Assembly (NCBI RefSeq): GCF_001194135.2
Contig: NC_068991.1
Coordinates: 522,604-586,603 of the forward strand
Direction: 5' to 3'
Length of the DNA stretch: 64,000 nucleotides
From: Octopus bimaculoides
Taxonomy: Eukaryota
Positions 49,159-63,510 of the stretch are shown here, piece by piece. Made by a program: the position numbers and the translations under genes. Position 1 is the stretch's first letter. Each line of letters starts with the position of its first letter. Below the pieces are notes generated by a model. It ran no database searches, was not told the origin of the DNA, and saw nothing but the letters and a program-made list of their open reading frames with translations.

Positions 49159-52100
49159 NNNNNNNNNNNNNNNNNNNNNNNNNNNNNNNNNNNNNNNNNN
49201 NNNNNNNNNNNNNNNNNNNNNNNNNNNNNNNNNNNNNNNNNNNNNNNNNNNNNNNNNNNNNNNNNNNNNNNNNNNNNNNNNNNNNNNNNNNNNNNNNNNN
49301 NNNNNNNNNNNNNNNNNNNNNNNNNNNNNNNNNNNNNNNNNNNNNNNNNNNNNNNNNNNNNNNNNNNNNNNNNNNNNNNNNNNNNNNNNNNNNNNNNNNN
49401 NNNNNNNNNNNNNNNNNNNNNNNNNNNNNNNNNNNNNNNNNNNNNNNNNNNNNNNNNNNNNNNNNNNNNNNNNNNNNNNNNNNNNNNNNNNNNNNNNNNN
49501 NNNNNNNNNNNNNNNNNNNNNNNNNNNNNNNNNNNNATATATATATATATATATATATATAAATGTCATCAACCTTATTTTATGTTCACTTTCCCATGTA
49601 ATCACAACGTAAGACAGTTCTTATTTGGAGTTACTTTGTCCTCCTAGATGTTCCAGAGGACCACGGGTTGGTTGCTTGTTCCATATTTGGTATTCTTTCT
49701 ACAACTATTTCACAAATTGCACAGAGAGGGAGAGAGAACATTGACTGTTTCTAGTCTCTCACAGAATCCATAACTGGCACTCAGTCATGACGAGAGTTCC
49801 AGTTGATCCGATCAATGGAACAGCCTCCTTTGTGTAGTTAATGTGTAAGTGGCTGAGTACTCCACAGACATGCGTGTCCTTAACGTAGCTCTCAGGGAGG
49901 TCCAGCACAACACACAGAATGTGACTAGACTGGCCCTTTGAATTACAGGTTCTACACATTTTTGCCAGCTGAGTGGACTGGAGCAATAAAGTGAAAGTGT
50001 CTTGCTCAAGGACACAACATGTTGCTGAGAATTGAACTCACAACAACTTTGTGATTGTAGCTGAATACACTAACCCCTAGGCTACATACCTTTAAAGAAT
50101 GAGTTTATATCCTAATAAAGATTTCATAGAATGGCCAGTTTTTATTGGGAAATCTTGTCTGGATATAAACTCCATAAACTCTTCATAGATTCTGTCTTAG
50201 ACTAGAAACAGTCAGTATTTTCTCTCTAAGCTACAGGTTTTAATGATAATTACAGGTGTAATTTATATATCTGCAGAAATATAAAGTTTGGAGAAATTCT
50301 TACCGGAGTCTCTTCAAGACTTCCCCAGTTTTCATCATCTTCCCAGCCTTCAAACTCTTTGTTCTCTTCTGATGTGACATCTTGTACATTGGACAAGTTC
50401 TTGGGTTTCTCATCAAGATTTAATTCCTAAAACAAATGAAATATTAGAAACATTAACTAAAACTAACAAACCACTGCTATGAAGCAATGCTATGAACGAC
50501 ATACAATGTGCTGCCAGAAGATATGAAATAAATCCAAGAAATATTTTTTTAATTTACCATTTCGTTCCAGTTCTCAGACTCCCAACCTTCATTGCTCTTT
50601 GGTATGTCTGGTTTGGAAGGAACTGATTCTCGCTCCTGAGACTCTTCTGCTCTCACGGGCGGTCGTCCTGCAACAAGAAGATGAAGAATAACAACAAAAT
50701 CATTATTACCATTAATAACAATAATATGTAATGTTAGTGTGCACGAGGAGTATGGAGCATAAATGAAACAAGAAAAAAAACCAAAAAACTGGTAGTAAGA
50801 GGAATCTGATATCTCACACACACACACACATCCCAATCCCACCTTAACATCACCCTGCTAGAGTTCTCATCCCTTCATCATTCAAGTTGAAAGAGTGTCT
50901 GGAGAGAGGGAAGAGTAGAAATGAAGAGAATAAAACCTAAGTTGTTGAAAAGGAAAGTGAATGACTGCCACAACATCACTTACCATTGGCTGGAGTTGAG
51001 GTTGGACTAGTGTTCACAGTAGGAGTAGTAGTAGTAGAAGTAGTAGTGGCACCACGGTAAAGTTTCGATGTGAGGGATGACATCCCAATAACAGCCCATC
51101 CGGCCCAGCTGGAGATGTCACCGGCCTTGGAGCCACCGGCAGTGACGTCTTTCTCTGTAAATACATCAGTTGTAACAATACTCAAACATTATATAACAGT
51201 TCCAAGAACACTGTAACACCAGTGTAACAAGGCAATAAGATCATATGACATTTGTAACAACTGCAACATCAGCTGTAACAATATAGTCAGGTGAAGAATA
51301 ACAATTTTAACAACATTAAATGTAACAGCTGGAATAAAGATTCAAATTCTAGCACAAGGCCAGTAATTTTGAAGCGGGGGGGGGGTTAGTTATTCACATC
51401 GACCCCAGTGTTCAATTGGTAATTAATTTATTGACCCCAAAACGAAGAAAGGCAAAGTCAAAATTTGAACTTAGTATGTAAATAGGGATGAAATGCTATT
51501 GAGTATTTTGCCCAACGTGCTAACGATTCTGCCAGTTCGCCCACAGCAGTTGTAAGAATGGTTTCAAAGTTTGCCACAAGGGCAGCTGTTTCAGGGGAGG
51601 GGACAAGTCGATTACATTGACCCCCCCCCCACCAAATGTCCAACTGGTACTTATTTTATTGTCCCTGAAAGGATGAAAGGCAAAGTCGATCTTGGTGGAA
51701 TTTGAACTCAGAACGTAGCGATGGTCGAAATGCCGCTAAGCATTTCGACCAACATGCTAATGATTCTGCCAGCTCACTGCCTTTATAGCAGTTGTAATAA
51801 TGACATCTCAATTGGTGTACGTACCGATCATGGTACCTCAATGAGGAGGTCCCATTAAGCATGTAAACCCTATAAACATGATATATCCATGGAGTAATGT
51901 GATGACTTTGAATTGAAGTAGTTTGTTGGGTTCCAAAACTGAGACAACCGAGTCTCAGAATCTCTTTAACAACAACAACAACAAACTATAAAACACACAA
52001 CAACAACAAGAACATTTACCCATTTCTTCACGTAATTCTGGATTTTCCGATACTTTTTCTAATTTGCTAAGAAAACCATTAATTGCTTTGAAACTCTGAA

Positions 52101-52751
52101 AAACAAAGAAAAGTCTTTTAATTTACTGGGAAAGGGGTGGAATGGTACCATTCTACATGCGCAGGCTGGTATTCACTTCTGTTCTATTGTTAACTAATTA
52201 GTCATGTAAGAAATTAATTGAATGCTTTGTCAAAGTCTTTTGTCACACTTCTTTGTTACTGCTACAAGTCTGTCATGGGAAAATATCACTTTGCTTGGAA
52301 ACAGGTGTGTGACAGGAAAGGCATCCAGCTGTGGAGAATGAGACTCAATAAATTCCACTTGACCCATGCAAGCATGAAAAACTGGACGTATGATGATGAT
52401 GATGATGATGATGATGAAACCAAAGTGATTAAAGACGAGATGTTAAAATGAAACAAAAGATAAGAAATAAAAGGTGATGCATCAACTTACTTGATCCCGG
52501 ACCGATTTATTGGAATCCAAAGTCAAGACTGAGAGAGCAGGTATCAATCTCATTGCTATCTCAGACAGACTGTAATAATTCTGAGTGGCTGCCATTGCCA
52601 AGATTCCAGCTTGTCGAGCTGGAGGGAAAGGATCTTTGAGAGCACGTAGAAAGGCAGAGCAGATAATCTTTTGTCGGATCTGTTGGCAAAAAAAATAAAC
52701 ATTTACTAAGAGAGCTGTTAATATATTAAACACACACGTATACAGTGTGTA

Positions 52752-52842
<91 letters not shown>

Positions 52843-55800
52843 GTATACAGTGTGTGTATATGTATATATATATATATACACACACACGTATGCGGTGTGT
52901 ATATATATGTATATATATATATGTTTTAATGTCATTAAGTGGTGGCAATTTAAGCTTTTGTCAAGGACCTCCACCATAAATGGTTTATTCCTTGCTTTCT
53001 CTGTTTGAGGCCAAATTAACTGAATTAAGTTGAAAACTTAAATTTGATGACGCCAAATAGAAAATGTACTGATTAAATGTCATTTTCTGTAATATTATGT
53101 TCAAAGGAGACAGAGGTATACTTACCTGGGGATTAAGGTAACCAGCAATTTTACCAAGGCACACAGTAGTATTAGTTCTGATTCCACCCTATAACAAAGA
53201 AACATTGGTTAGTCATGCTGAAATATCAGAGGAACAGCTAAAATGATAAACTCATCCTAGAATCTATTCTATGTTATTGTTATAATGAATATATGATGGC
53301 AATATCATATGTTAGAGGATATCAGTGTGTCTCTTGAGCTCTGCTGGAAATTTTCAAATTCCTGAAAGGATTGAGCAGAAAATACCTAAAAACTGGGTTT
53401 GTTTATTGAAATGGTTTTAGTGTCTTCACTTGTGGTCAGATTATTGTGACAATTAGCAGTGGTGCAAAAAAGCTTTGTTTTGATTTTAATGTAAATAGTC
53501 ATTTGTACTAAAAAGAGTGTTGTGTATGTGTGGTTGTTAATAAATACATCACAATAAGTAAAAACAACTGATTCACTCAAAAAAAAAAGATAATGAAAAA
53601 AGAGGTTAGTAATTAATTCAATGCAATTAGTAACAAACTTGGACATACAAACATCACAAACAAATAAAGTGTTTTACTTTGATCTTTTTAGTAGCATTTT
53701 TATTATGTAATTTACAGTTAAGCTGAATTACGCCTTCAGAAACAACATCTTCAGGTATACATGAATGTTTTGATACAATATTCCAAAAATAAATGACAAA
53801 AAATCAGCAACAAATCCATTAAATGAACGATGGAGGTAAGGATTAAAAGGTTTCTCACTCAGAGAATTTGTGACTTCCTTTAAAGCTTATATACAAGATT
53901 GTTTCAATTTGAATGGTCTCACAGTGGATCTACTTCCAGAGTGAGAATCTTTTCATAACTGACCACAAACTGGTGGCCAGTTATGGTCAGTGTGCACCCA
54001 GTTTTCTGTAATGGATATTCTTCTTCATAATGGCTACGACATTGTCCAGTATTCTAGAGTGAAGATGTCTTTAAGTTGTATCCTAGACAGTGTCACTTCA
54101 GATTATGTCACCAACTGACGATCAGTGAATTACTTGATTACCATTCCATTGAGAAGATACCTGAACAAATGGTTAGGGTGTTACACTCAGGATTGCTGGA
54201 TTGTGGATTCAATTCCTGGACTGGGTGGCATGTAGCGTTTTGGAGCAAAATGCTTCTTTTTATGTTACTCTGGTGCTGTGTGGGGATTGGCATGCCAAAG
54301 AATAGACCCAACATTTCCTTTGTGTGTCATAAAAGGCAACTAAAAAGGGGCTGAGGTTGGATTTTCACTCTGACTTCTTAAATCCTCACTAGTAGTGACC
54401 ACCCAAGCAGACCCATGGGTTAGAGGGTTGTCATCAGAGTGGTACAGAGGTGCCATCTGCCAGGAGTACGGAATCAATAACAAATGGTGGTTGCAGTGAT
54501 GTGCTGTTACAGTGCAAGCCTGCATACTACTACTACTACTACTAGGTTTTCCATCATTGACAAATTCTTTCAAATTTTTGAGTTTTTTGTTGAATTTTGA
54601 GGACGGAATTGGATTCGTTTCTTTTTGTTTATGGCCAGGATTTAAAGAGAATTGGTGATATCGTTGGTAGAAGTAGACTAGGAATTACAATAGACCCCCC
54701 CACACACACACCAGGTTGTCTACCAAATGTGACTAATGAGAATTTGACAAAGCTGTCACCTCTTTAGTAGACAACACTTGCCCAATGCTGAGGGACCCCA
54801 TAGCTACAGTGTCAAGCCAGATGGACTTAATCATAATGAGGATATGTAAACGATAAGAATAATAGACAATTAGAAAGAAGTTAATTACTTGGTCATCTTT
54901 CGACTGAAGACGGGCAAAATGTTTCATTAGTTCTTCATTAAGGTTCTTGTAATTTAACTTGGGAGCAAGATGGAGCATTGCCTGGAATTAGAGAGAAATT
55001 TAGAAAATATTAGAAATTATAGAAGAATTATAGAAAGAGATTGAAAGATTTTTGTTCCTTCTTTTGTGGTTGGAAAATGGGTTTTTTTTAATGCTATTTC
55101 AATAGCAGACTCAGGAATAAATCAAGTCTTGTAGCAACCAATGGAGTCTCAATGTGATCAATTGATATGCTAGAAACAGAAACTAAACATATCTCAAATC
55201 ATAATCTAGCATATTGAAATGAGAAGGACACCTTAAATAATGTAGTCTATGATTGGAGCCTGGTGTTGCCATCCGGTTTCACCAGTCCTCAGTCAAATCG
55301 TCCAACCCATGCTAGCATGGAAAGCGGACGTTAAAAGATGATGATGATATGCTATGGTGAATAAAAGACAACGTATTCCCATGTGGTCGATGATCCTAGA
55401 TCTGCTGGATTAGGTCTGATCTGGATTAAACGACAACAAAGAGTAGGGAAAGTGAGTGTGTTACCTTAATGGTACTTTCTCGCACAACTGGATTTGTATC
55501 CATGAATCCTTGGATAACATGTGGGAATATTTGGTCATTAACTGTCGGAGTTTGAAGATGTTCAACAAAAAATTCAATCTACAAAAAAAAAACAACAAAA
55601 ATATAAAATATATATTTATAGGTTATTGATTATCAAAAGGTCTGAGACTAGCTGTTATAATTTACTACACACACACATCAGTTTCACTGAGAGGAGAGAG
55701 AAATGATGTGTCTGGTGATATTCTTAAGGTACAAGAAAATGGATAGGAAAGAGGGTAGAAATACAGAATGGATGGGTAGGTTCACAGGGGGGGGGGGTAA

Positions 55801-57152
55801 AGAAGAATAAGAGTGGGTCAGGGAAGAAGAGGAGGAGGTAATAAGTGGTAGTATATAAAAGTGGAGGGAGAGTGGGAGAGTAACAGTATAATAAACTAGG
55901 TAAATGAGAAATAGGGTGACGATGTGAACTGCAGGAAGTGAGGGCTTGGCCCATGGCCATTTTTGGTGCTACAAAATAGGTGATATTGATGTGGTTAAAG
56001 TTCTTCTTGAAAAGTTGCAGGTTGACAGCTGAAGGAATAATGAGAAGCAGAGAGGGAATTTCAGGGGGATGATGTTGTGGGGAGGAAGGATTTTGATGGT
56101 TGTAGTGTTTGTGGAAATGACTGTTGTGATCTGTTTCTGGTGTCAGTGGTGTGGGAGTAGTGGGGCTTCAGAATCATATCCTTAAAAAACCATATTCTTC
56201 ACCTATTTGAAACTATACTCCTTACCTGAGAAAAAAAAAAAAAAAAAATTCATAACACTATACTTGGTGTTTGAACCATATTTTTAAGGTGTAGCAAAGA
56301 ACAAGAAATGGATATTCACCTGTTGAAGAAGTTTGACACGAGTAGCACGATCTGGGGAAGAAAACAACTTTATAACACAGGGAACAATTTTTTTCTGGTA
56401 TTCTTCAGACTGGAGAAGTTTGCCCACCTGGAATTGAATAGAAGAAATATTCATAGAAAGAGAAATTATTGTAAAGTTACAAAGTGGTCTGGGTGCATTT
56501 TACATGGCACCAGCACTAGAGAGGTTGCCAAGTTATTTGTAAGACAAAGAAAAGATCCTTGACTGAGTGGGGATGAAGTAGGGAGGGAGGTGGCTCTATG
56601 CCAAGTGTTGAGAAGGTATGAAAGGGGTACAGGGCTACCATGCATTATATAAGGGTGGATGAGAGGAGCTGGAAAAAAGACAATGATGGTAGTGATGAGA
56701 AATCTGCACTTTTATATTCTTAGATGAATTCTAATTCTTCTTTGTTGTTATTGTCAACAAACAATTACTGGTATCAAATTCTATCACTCTTTAGAAATCT
56801 TACCTTGAAAAGTGGTGCCAATACTGCAGAACCAGCATTACCATATTGGAAAGCATCTAATAATTGTGGTAGAATCTTGTGTTTACAGAACTGTTGAGGA
56901 AAGGAATCTATGGCAGGAGTCAGGTTGCTGAAGAATTTATTTTTTGCTGCTTGGTCTTGGATCTGCAAAATAAGGGACAATGGAATCACATTGAAAACAT
57001 CTCAGTTGATAAACCAAGATTTAAGTATTTAACATTTACAAAAATATCATCAACTTGATGTTTATATCATCTATACACATTTATTTGTTTGTCTACCTGT
57101 ATATCTGAAACCTAGCGAGTGGACTTGATAGATGGAAACTGAAGGAAGTCTG

Positions 57153-57210
<58 letters not shown>

Positions 57211-57805
57211 ATGAAAATATGACAGTCAGAGTACTCACTTGAATTTCTTCAAGGAACATAATTGTCTTCACAAAACTATTGTCCATAAAATTGCCATTCT
57301 CTTGGCAGTTTTGGAGGAAAGCTGAAGGATTTGGTCGACTTTTGGGATTGGCACTGACCAACTGACAATAATCCCGTACTAAATTCTTTGGAATCTGAAA
57401 TGAAGAAAACATTAAAGAATAACTAAGATTTGAAACACAAAATATCTGAGTGAAGTTATTCTTTCCTGATATTTATTCCATAGTTAAAGTAGTTACCATT
57501 TTATCAAGAAATACATAGAGAGAACCCCCGTTTGGTTTGCTAATAAAAAACCTTTGTTTCATGAAAATAATTTCGTTCCAATACATTCACACACACAATC
57601 CTGCCTCTGTCACATACACACTTTGATTTCCTAATTGGCATGTGTAATTAGCTCAGCAGTAAAAATGGGGAAAATGAAAACATTTGGGAACACTTACCTT
57701 TCCAAGGGACTTTAGGGCCGAGGACCGAGGCAAGGGCCCATTGAACACCTCCCATATCAAACAACCTAAACCCCACATATCAGTAGACCTGTTAACGAGA
57801 AGAGA

Positions 57806-57861
<56 letters not shown>

Positions 57862-60800
57862 ATTGGTGTATGTCTATGTGTGTGTGTGTGTGCGTGTGTG
57901 TGTATAGAAGTATGTGACACTAAATTGTGAGAATGTTTACCTGTGACAAACTGGCACAAAATCCAGGAGGGGCATTAGTTCTTGTTTGCTGTTTATCATA
58001 AACCAGAGCAGTATGGTTATAGCATAATGGTACCTATTGACAACTAGGTGGAGTGAGCTGCAGGCAGATAATTGTCTGAAGCATGGACACTACACAGAGA
58101 ACAACAACAACACACTGTAATAAACATGTCAGAAGCAGGTCATCAGCTGAGACATTGAGTTGGAGGTTTGTTTACTTCCGTGCCAGGCTTCCATTGATCC
58201 AGGCTCAACTTGTCAGTTGCAGACATATTAAACGTCTCTGTTGAAAGCAAAATGAACCAATGAGGGAACCTCTACATGATTACTCACATGGCTAGAAACA
58301 GCAGACAAATCTCATTGAAATACCACCAAGCTGCTTCAGAAGGGGAGGCAGTATTAGACAATGTAGCCCTAGATACACTATACCTGAATAAACAGCACGA
58401 TGGTTAGAGCTGAATACATTATAGCATCGACTGTTGCAGCTGAGCTGAGCTGGAACAATAACAGCAACAATAATAACATAAAAGATATGTAAAGAAGGGA
58501 CTTACCAGACGTGGCCTCCAGTTGTTTCTGGTGGGTCGTACATCTTCAACGTTGGTAAAACTTTCACTGTTGGTTGACCGCTAGCTGAATATAAATAATC
58601 TACTCCACCTATCTTCCATTCTCCAGCCAGGTCAACAAAGACTGACCATAAATTAATGTTGTTGTGGATGAAACTGCAGTCGTTGTTTAAGAAAGCAACA
58701 CCTTTCTAAAAGTAAAAAGAAAACTGATGGTTTATATGAGAAACAGGAAGTAGGGATGAGTGTGGAGACAAAGAAGGGGACAAGCAGTTAACGGGGTCGA
58801 GGGTTTGTATTTGATATGGGGTTCACTGTATTGTGTCCAGGGCCAAATGTGCAACAGTCAATAGCTCAGTCCATCTGGTTATTTGCAGGCACCTCTACAA
58901 CATGGTATACTTTACAGTATTGTATCAATGACAAAGACTATTTTCAGCAAAAGCTCAGTCTACCTGGATGTAAGCAGGTACCACTATACTGAGGACGAAT
59001 ATGACAAACGTTTCCTATGTATACACACACATATATATATATGTATATGTATATTTACACACACACATGTCTGTGTTTGTGAGTTTGTTTAGTGACACAC
59101 CACAAACGCCACTCGCAACGAGTGGCGTTGCTGCTGTCATTTCTTCTTCCATCAACTTGAATTGAGTGGACTGGAACAATATGAAATCAAGGGTCTTGCT
59201 CAAGAACACATTACGCTGCTTGGTCCAGGAACTGAACCCCTGACTGCTAGATTGTGAGTGCAATACCCTAACCACAAGGCCTTGTATTTAGCAGATGTAA
59301 TTAGTTGAGGCTCAGAAAGAGTGGTTGACACGGAGTCTACAGAGTGAAAGTCACTCTAATAAATTGCAAAGAAAGGGAGAAATCTGCTCAGTTCTAGCGA
59401 CAAGTGGTGGCCTTGGGTTAAACAATAACCAACATACCGTAATTTGGTGAAGTCCCCAGGAGATGGCAAGTTCATTACAGCTGCCTTCTTTATTGTCATC
59501 AGTGAGATAGGAACAAAGGGGGACAACTGATTCTGTCACAATGTAGATTATACGATCAGACTGAAACGAAAAGAACAAGACACAAGCAACACACATTATT
59601 AGGCTTAAAAAATGGTATGGAGACATGTTAACCAGTCTGACGAATTTTTATGTATAAGGTCATGTTTCAGAATGTATTTTATACAAGGATGAAGGCGGTG
59701 TCCCAGCATGGCCACAGTGCAATGACTGAAACAAGTAAAAAAAAAAAAAATTAAAATTAGGCCAGAGATATTTTTTTCACCTTTGACATTTATTTCTTTT
59801 TAACAAATGATAAAATTCCAGGTTTACTCATTGACAACAACTCCATATCTAGACTAGAAGACACACACACAGGGCTTCTTCCAATTTCTGTGAACAAAAT
59901 CCACTTGCAAGGCTTTGGTCAGCCTGGGACTATGACAAGACATTTACCTACAGTGTCACAGTGGGGTTGAACCCAGAACCATGTGGTTGGGAAGCAAGCT
60001 TCTCAATCACACAGCCACACTATTCATTGGACAACAGAGGAAAAAAAAAGGTCAGGAATAGAAGGTGATGGGCAGGGTAGGACCTGCAGGCGTCATCAAT
60101 CACTACCATGAGCCACAGCATCTTCCGACCGGCCTTCCTTGGTCTCCCTCTTTCACAGGTACCACTTGGTACTTCTTTATGCAGCAGTCTTCCTCCATGC
60201 ACCTCACATGTCTACATCAGCACCACTTCCTCTTTTGTACACATGTGCTGGTGCCATATAAAGAAGCAGCCAGTGGTTGGCATTAGGAAGGGCGTCCAGT
60301 CATAGAAACCCTGCCAAAGGAATACATTAGCAAAACGAAATGGTAAGATACAGTTGGATACAAATGGCAACACATAAAAATGATTGAATTACAACAACTA
60401 ACCTCTAAGCCATCCAGGTAAGAGAGTATGTTTGGATGTCGAAGAGTTTTTAGTCTTTTAAAGGCAGCCTGAGCTGTTTGGAGCTGGAAAATGGAAAGAG
60501 ATAATAGATGAAAAGTTTGTGGAATAGAAATTCAATAACAAAGTGGTAGTGGGTGGGTGTGTGTGTGTGTGTGTGGGGTAGTAGAAATTTTACATTTGGA
60601 GCACAGATTGGTGAATGGATAGGAGAGTAAAGAACCACATTGCAAAAGGTCAATGGTTCAAATACCATCACTGGCACTGTGGTATGCCTCTAACAAAGAT
60701 ATTTAATTGTCAAACTCTGCAGTCCACCAAGCTGTAAATAGGTACCACAATGCAGGAACAACTCGATGTTCTAATCACTCTAACACTGAGTTTATAACAC

Positions 60801-60936
60801 GCTTCTGATTGTTGGGTTGGCAGCAGCAGTTCAGTCTCCTGATACAAGTTTGTGTTAAACTGAAAAGTTAAGACGAGTTAAGACGACCACGGAAACATAG
60901 TCCGAGGTCAGACTGACTGAACGGTAAACATCGAGC

Positions 60937-60978
<42 letters not shown>

Positions 60979-61297
60979 GAGAACGAGAGAGAGAGAGAAA
61001 GAGAGTGGCAGGGGTAGACAGTCTCTGCAAGTGTATGTGTGTGTGTATATAGATATGTAGAGAGAGAGTCTATATACATGATGACATGTGTCAAAGTGAC
61101 AGAGAAATGGACAGTGTGAGATGTATGTTATAGTAGGGGTGTGGAGGGGCATGTTATGACAGTAATGATATGGCAGGGTGGTGGCGGTGGTAATGGTGTG
61201 ACGTTAAGCAGGTGAACACTACCAAAGTCATTCTTACCTGGCTACTGTCAGCACTTTTCACATCAAAAGCAAAAATGGAAACAGCATCACCATTGAC
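46826..61297 (-). CDS. SCYL1: SCY1-like pseudokinase 1 (N-terminal kinase-like protein), 19 exons; first coding exon missing (probably in the 62924-63508 gap)
   Basis: Exons 61297-61238, 60483-60403, 59560-59438, 58705-58506, 57788-57698, 57394-57239, 56962-56804, 56427-56320, 55578-55465, 54981-54889, 53188-53126, 52679-52491, 52095-52020, 51154-50984, 50667-50558, 50426-50304, 48927-48754, 48124-47983, 46968-46826, all in consistent phase. Motifs: [78 protein letters not shown]-terminal LKLGVKKL. Confidence 0.96.
51340..51790 (-). mobile_element. Two tandem Meta-domain-like SINE copies in a SCYL1 intron
   Basis: GAAAGGATGAAAGGCAAAGTCGATCTTGGTGGAATTTGAACTCAGAACG..GATTCTGCCAGCTC, with a second, more diverged copy. 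Confidence 0.75.
52730..52925. repeat. Compound microsatellite: three (CA)n-CGTAT-(GT)-(AT)n units. Other long SSRs include (AT)n 25430-25505, (GT)n 57156-57208, (GA)n 12405-12452 and 28615-28652, (TATC)n 18870-18908 and 27040-27085, (AAT)n 3162-3195
   Basis: Directly visible. Confidence 0.9.
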
Positions 61298-61760
61298 CTG
61301 GAATGAGAATTAATGGTTTCTGGTTTAGGTAGAAGATCACAGAAGACTATACACCAACCCCTGGGATATGACTAGTATAATATGGTTTATCAACTCCACA
61401 AAAGTGCAAGGTGGTGTCAACCATGGCAAGATCAAACCTCTTGAGGTGTAAAATTGAAATAAACAAAGACAGTATAAATATTTAGTATTAATTATAATAA
61501 CAGATACAATATTGTTGGCTTCATTAATTACATAAAACAGCGTGAAGTTTGCTAATTGAATTAATTAGAGCAGGAATAGATAATTAATCAGCAATGACCT
61601 GCATACATGCCACAGTCCTGATGAGAGAGAGAGAGAGAGAGAAGCCTGTGTGAAATGAGTAGTGGACAGTTTGAGATTATAGGAGCCAGAAATGGAAAGG
61701 AACACTCAGCCGTTGAGGTGTTCACTAAAGTTTGAATATCTCACCTGTATTTCAAATGGG

Positions 61761-61812
<52 letters not shown>

Positions 61813-63510
61813 AAGAGAGAGATTAAAGCAAACAATAGAACCCCCTGCTCCGTACCCTTCATCAACCCCTTTTGATGTTGCTGTCAGTGTGAGACAAGAA
61901 AATCAATTCTAATACAGAGCACCTGTGTAGAGTGTGTGCATGTGTGTGTGTGTGTGCCTACCTCTGTTCCTTTCAGACTGGAGGGATTAGGGTAGTGTTA
62001 ACTAAACAAGCTGTCATCCTGTGTTGCAATTAATAACAAATTCACAGGGTATAATTAAGTGATCTACTTGACTCAAGAGAAGGAAGGACATTACAAACAC
62101 AATCAGTTACTTAGACTTTCAGCCAACTAGAAATAGTAGTAAAACCTCCCTCAAATCACACCTTCCTGCTTTCGCTCCTAGCAACTTCCACATGGTACCT
62201 GGGTTTACTAGAAAGAACAACAAAATCTCAAAAATTAAGTTTACTCTGAACAGACAAGGAAAAGCCTCTGCACAATCACTTGACCTGCTAGAAATAGCAA
62301 CCAAATTTTTGTTAAATTATACCTGACTGAAAGGACACATTAGATAATGTGGTGTCTTGAGAAAACAACATCCGATCCATGCAAGGATGGAAAAGTGGAA
62401 CAAACAACGTCTAAGATTTGCACAAAAGGAATAACCAATTATTTATGTTAGCCTGGAGGGGAAAAAAGGTAGCATCCAACTAAGTAGTATTTGAACTCAG
62501 AACATGGGCAACTAAATACATTAAGGTATTTTCTTTGAGACTGTATTGATATTGTCATGGTAACGTCTGCCTTAACTAGAAGAGGAAGATGAGGAATGAC
62601 AAAAGTAGAATATCTGTCATTTTTCTTTGTTGAAAGAGAGAGGGAGTGGAGAGTGTATGCATGACCACCACCCCATCAAAGAATGTCTCAATTTCAACTT
62701 TGTGGAGTTGTAGTTGTTTGCTTTTGTGTCCTTTTTACTAAGCCCTCACGGACCAATGCTCTACGTAGCCATATTCCTCAAGGCTCGGTTTGTTTTGTTT
62801 TCGAACAAACAAACAAATAATGATTCGGAAACGAAAAGATTTATAATAAAAGCGGGAGGACATTCTTTCTGATAGAGGAAAATCACTGTAGTAATGATTC
62901 ATAGATAATCACAAGGCAAGATANNNNNNNNNNNNNNNNNNNNNNNNNNNNNNNNNNNNNNNNNNNNNNNNNNNNNNNNNNNNNNNNNNNNNNNNNNNNN
63001 NNNNNNNNNNNNNNNNNNNNNNNNNNNNNNNNNNNNNNNNNNNNNNNNNNNNNNNNNNNNNNNNNNNNNNNNNNNNNNNNNNNNNNNNNNNNNNNNNNNN
63101 NNNNNNNNNNNNNNNNNNNNNNNNNNNNNNNNNNNNNNNNNNNNNNNNNNNNNNNNNNNNNNNNNNNNNNNNNNNNNNNNNNNNNNNNNNNNNNNNNNNN
63201 NNNNNNNNNNNNNNNNNNNNNNNNNNNNNNNNNNNNNNNNNNNNNNNNNNNNNNNNNNNNNNNNNNNNNNNNNNNNNNNNNNNNNNNNNNNNNNNNNNNN
63301 NNNNNNNNNNNNNNNNNNNNNNNNNNNNNNNNNNNNNNNNNNNNNNNNNNNNNNNNNNNNNNNNNNNNNNNNNNNNNNNNNNNNNNNNNNNNNNNNNNNN
63401 NNNNNNNNNNNNNNNNNNNNNNNNNNNNNNNNNNNNNNNNNNNNNNNNNNNNNNNNNNNNNNNNNNNNNNNNNNNNNNNNNNNNNNNNNNNNNNNNNNNN
63501 NNNNNNNNTT

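Noticed and set aside
49630-49720. Possible extra SCYL1 exon ([22 protein letters not shown])
   Set aside because: No acceptor/donor pair keeps the phase-0 frame between exons 50304 and 48927.
21808-53008. [16 protein letters not shown]-rich ORFs (e.g. 21808-22081, 25344-25637, 52718-53008)
   Set aside because: Translations of (AT)n, (GT)n and (GA)n microsatellites.
59105-59129. GC-rich 11-bp hairpin, possible Helitron 3' end
   Set aside because: No CTRR|T terminus or other Helitron sequence nearby; too short to interpret.
559-61297. U12-type introns (looked for because ZCRB1 is a minor-spliceosome protein)
   Set aside because: No annotated intron has a GTATCCTT or ATATCCTT donor; all look U2-type.
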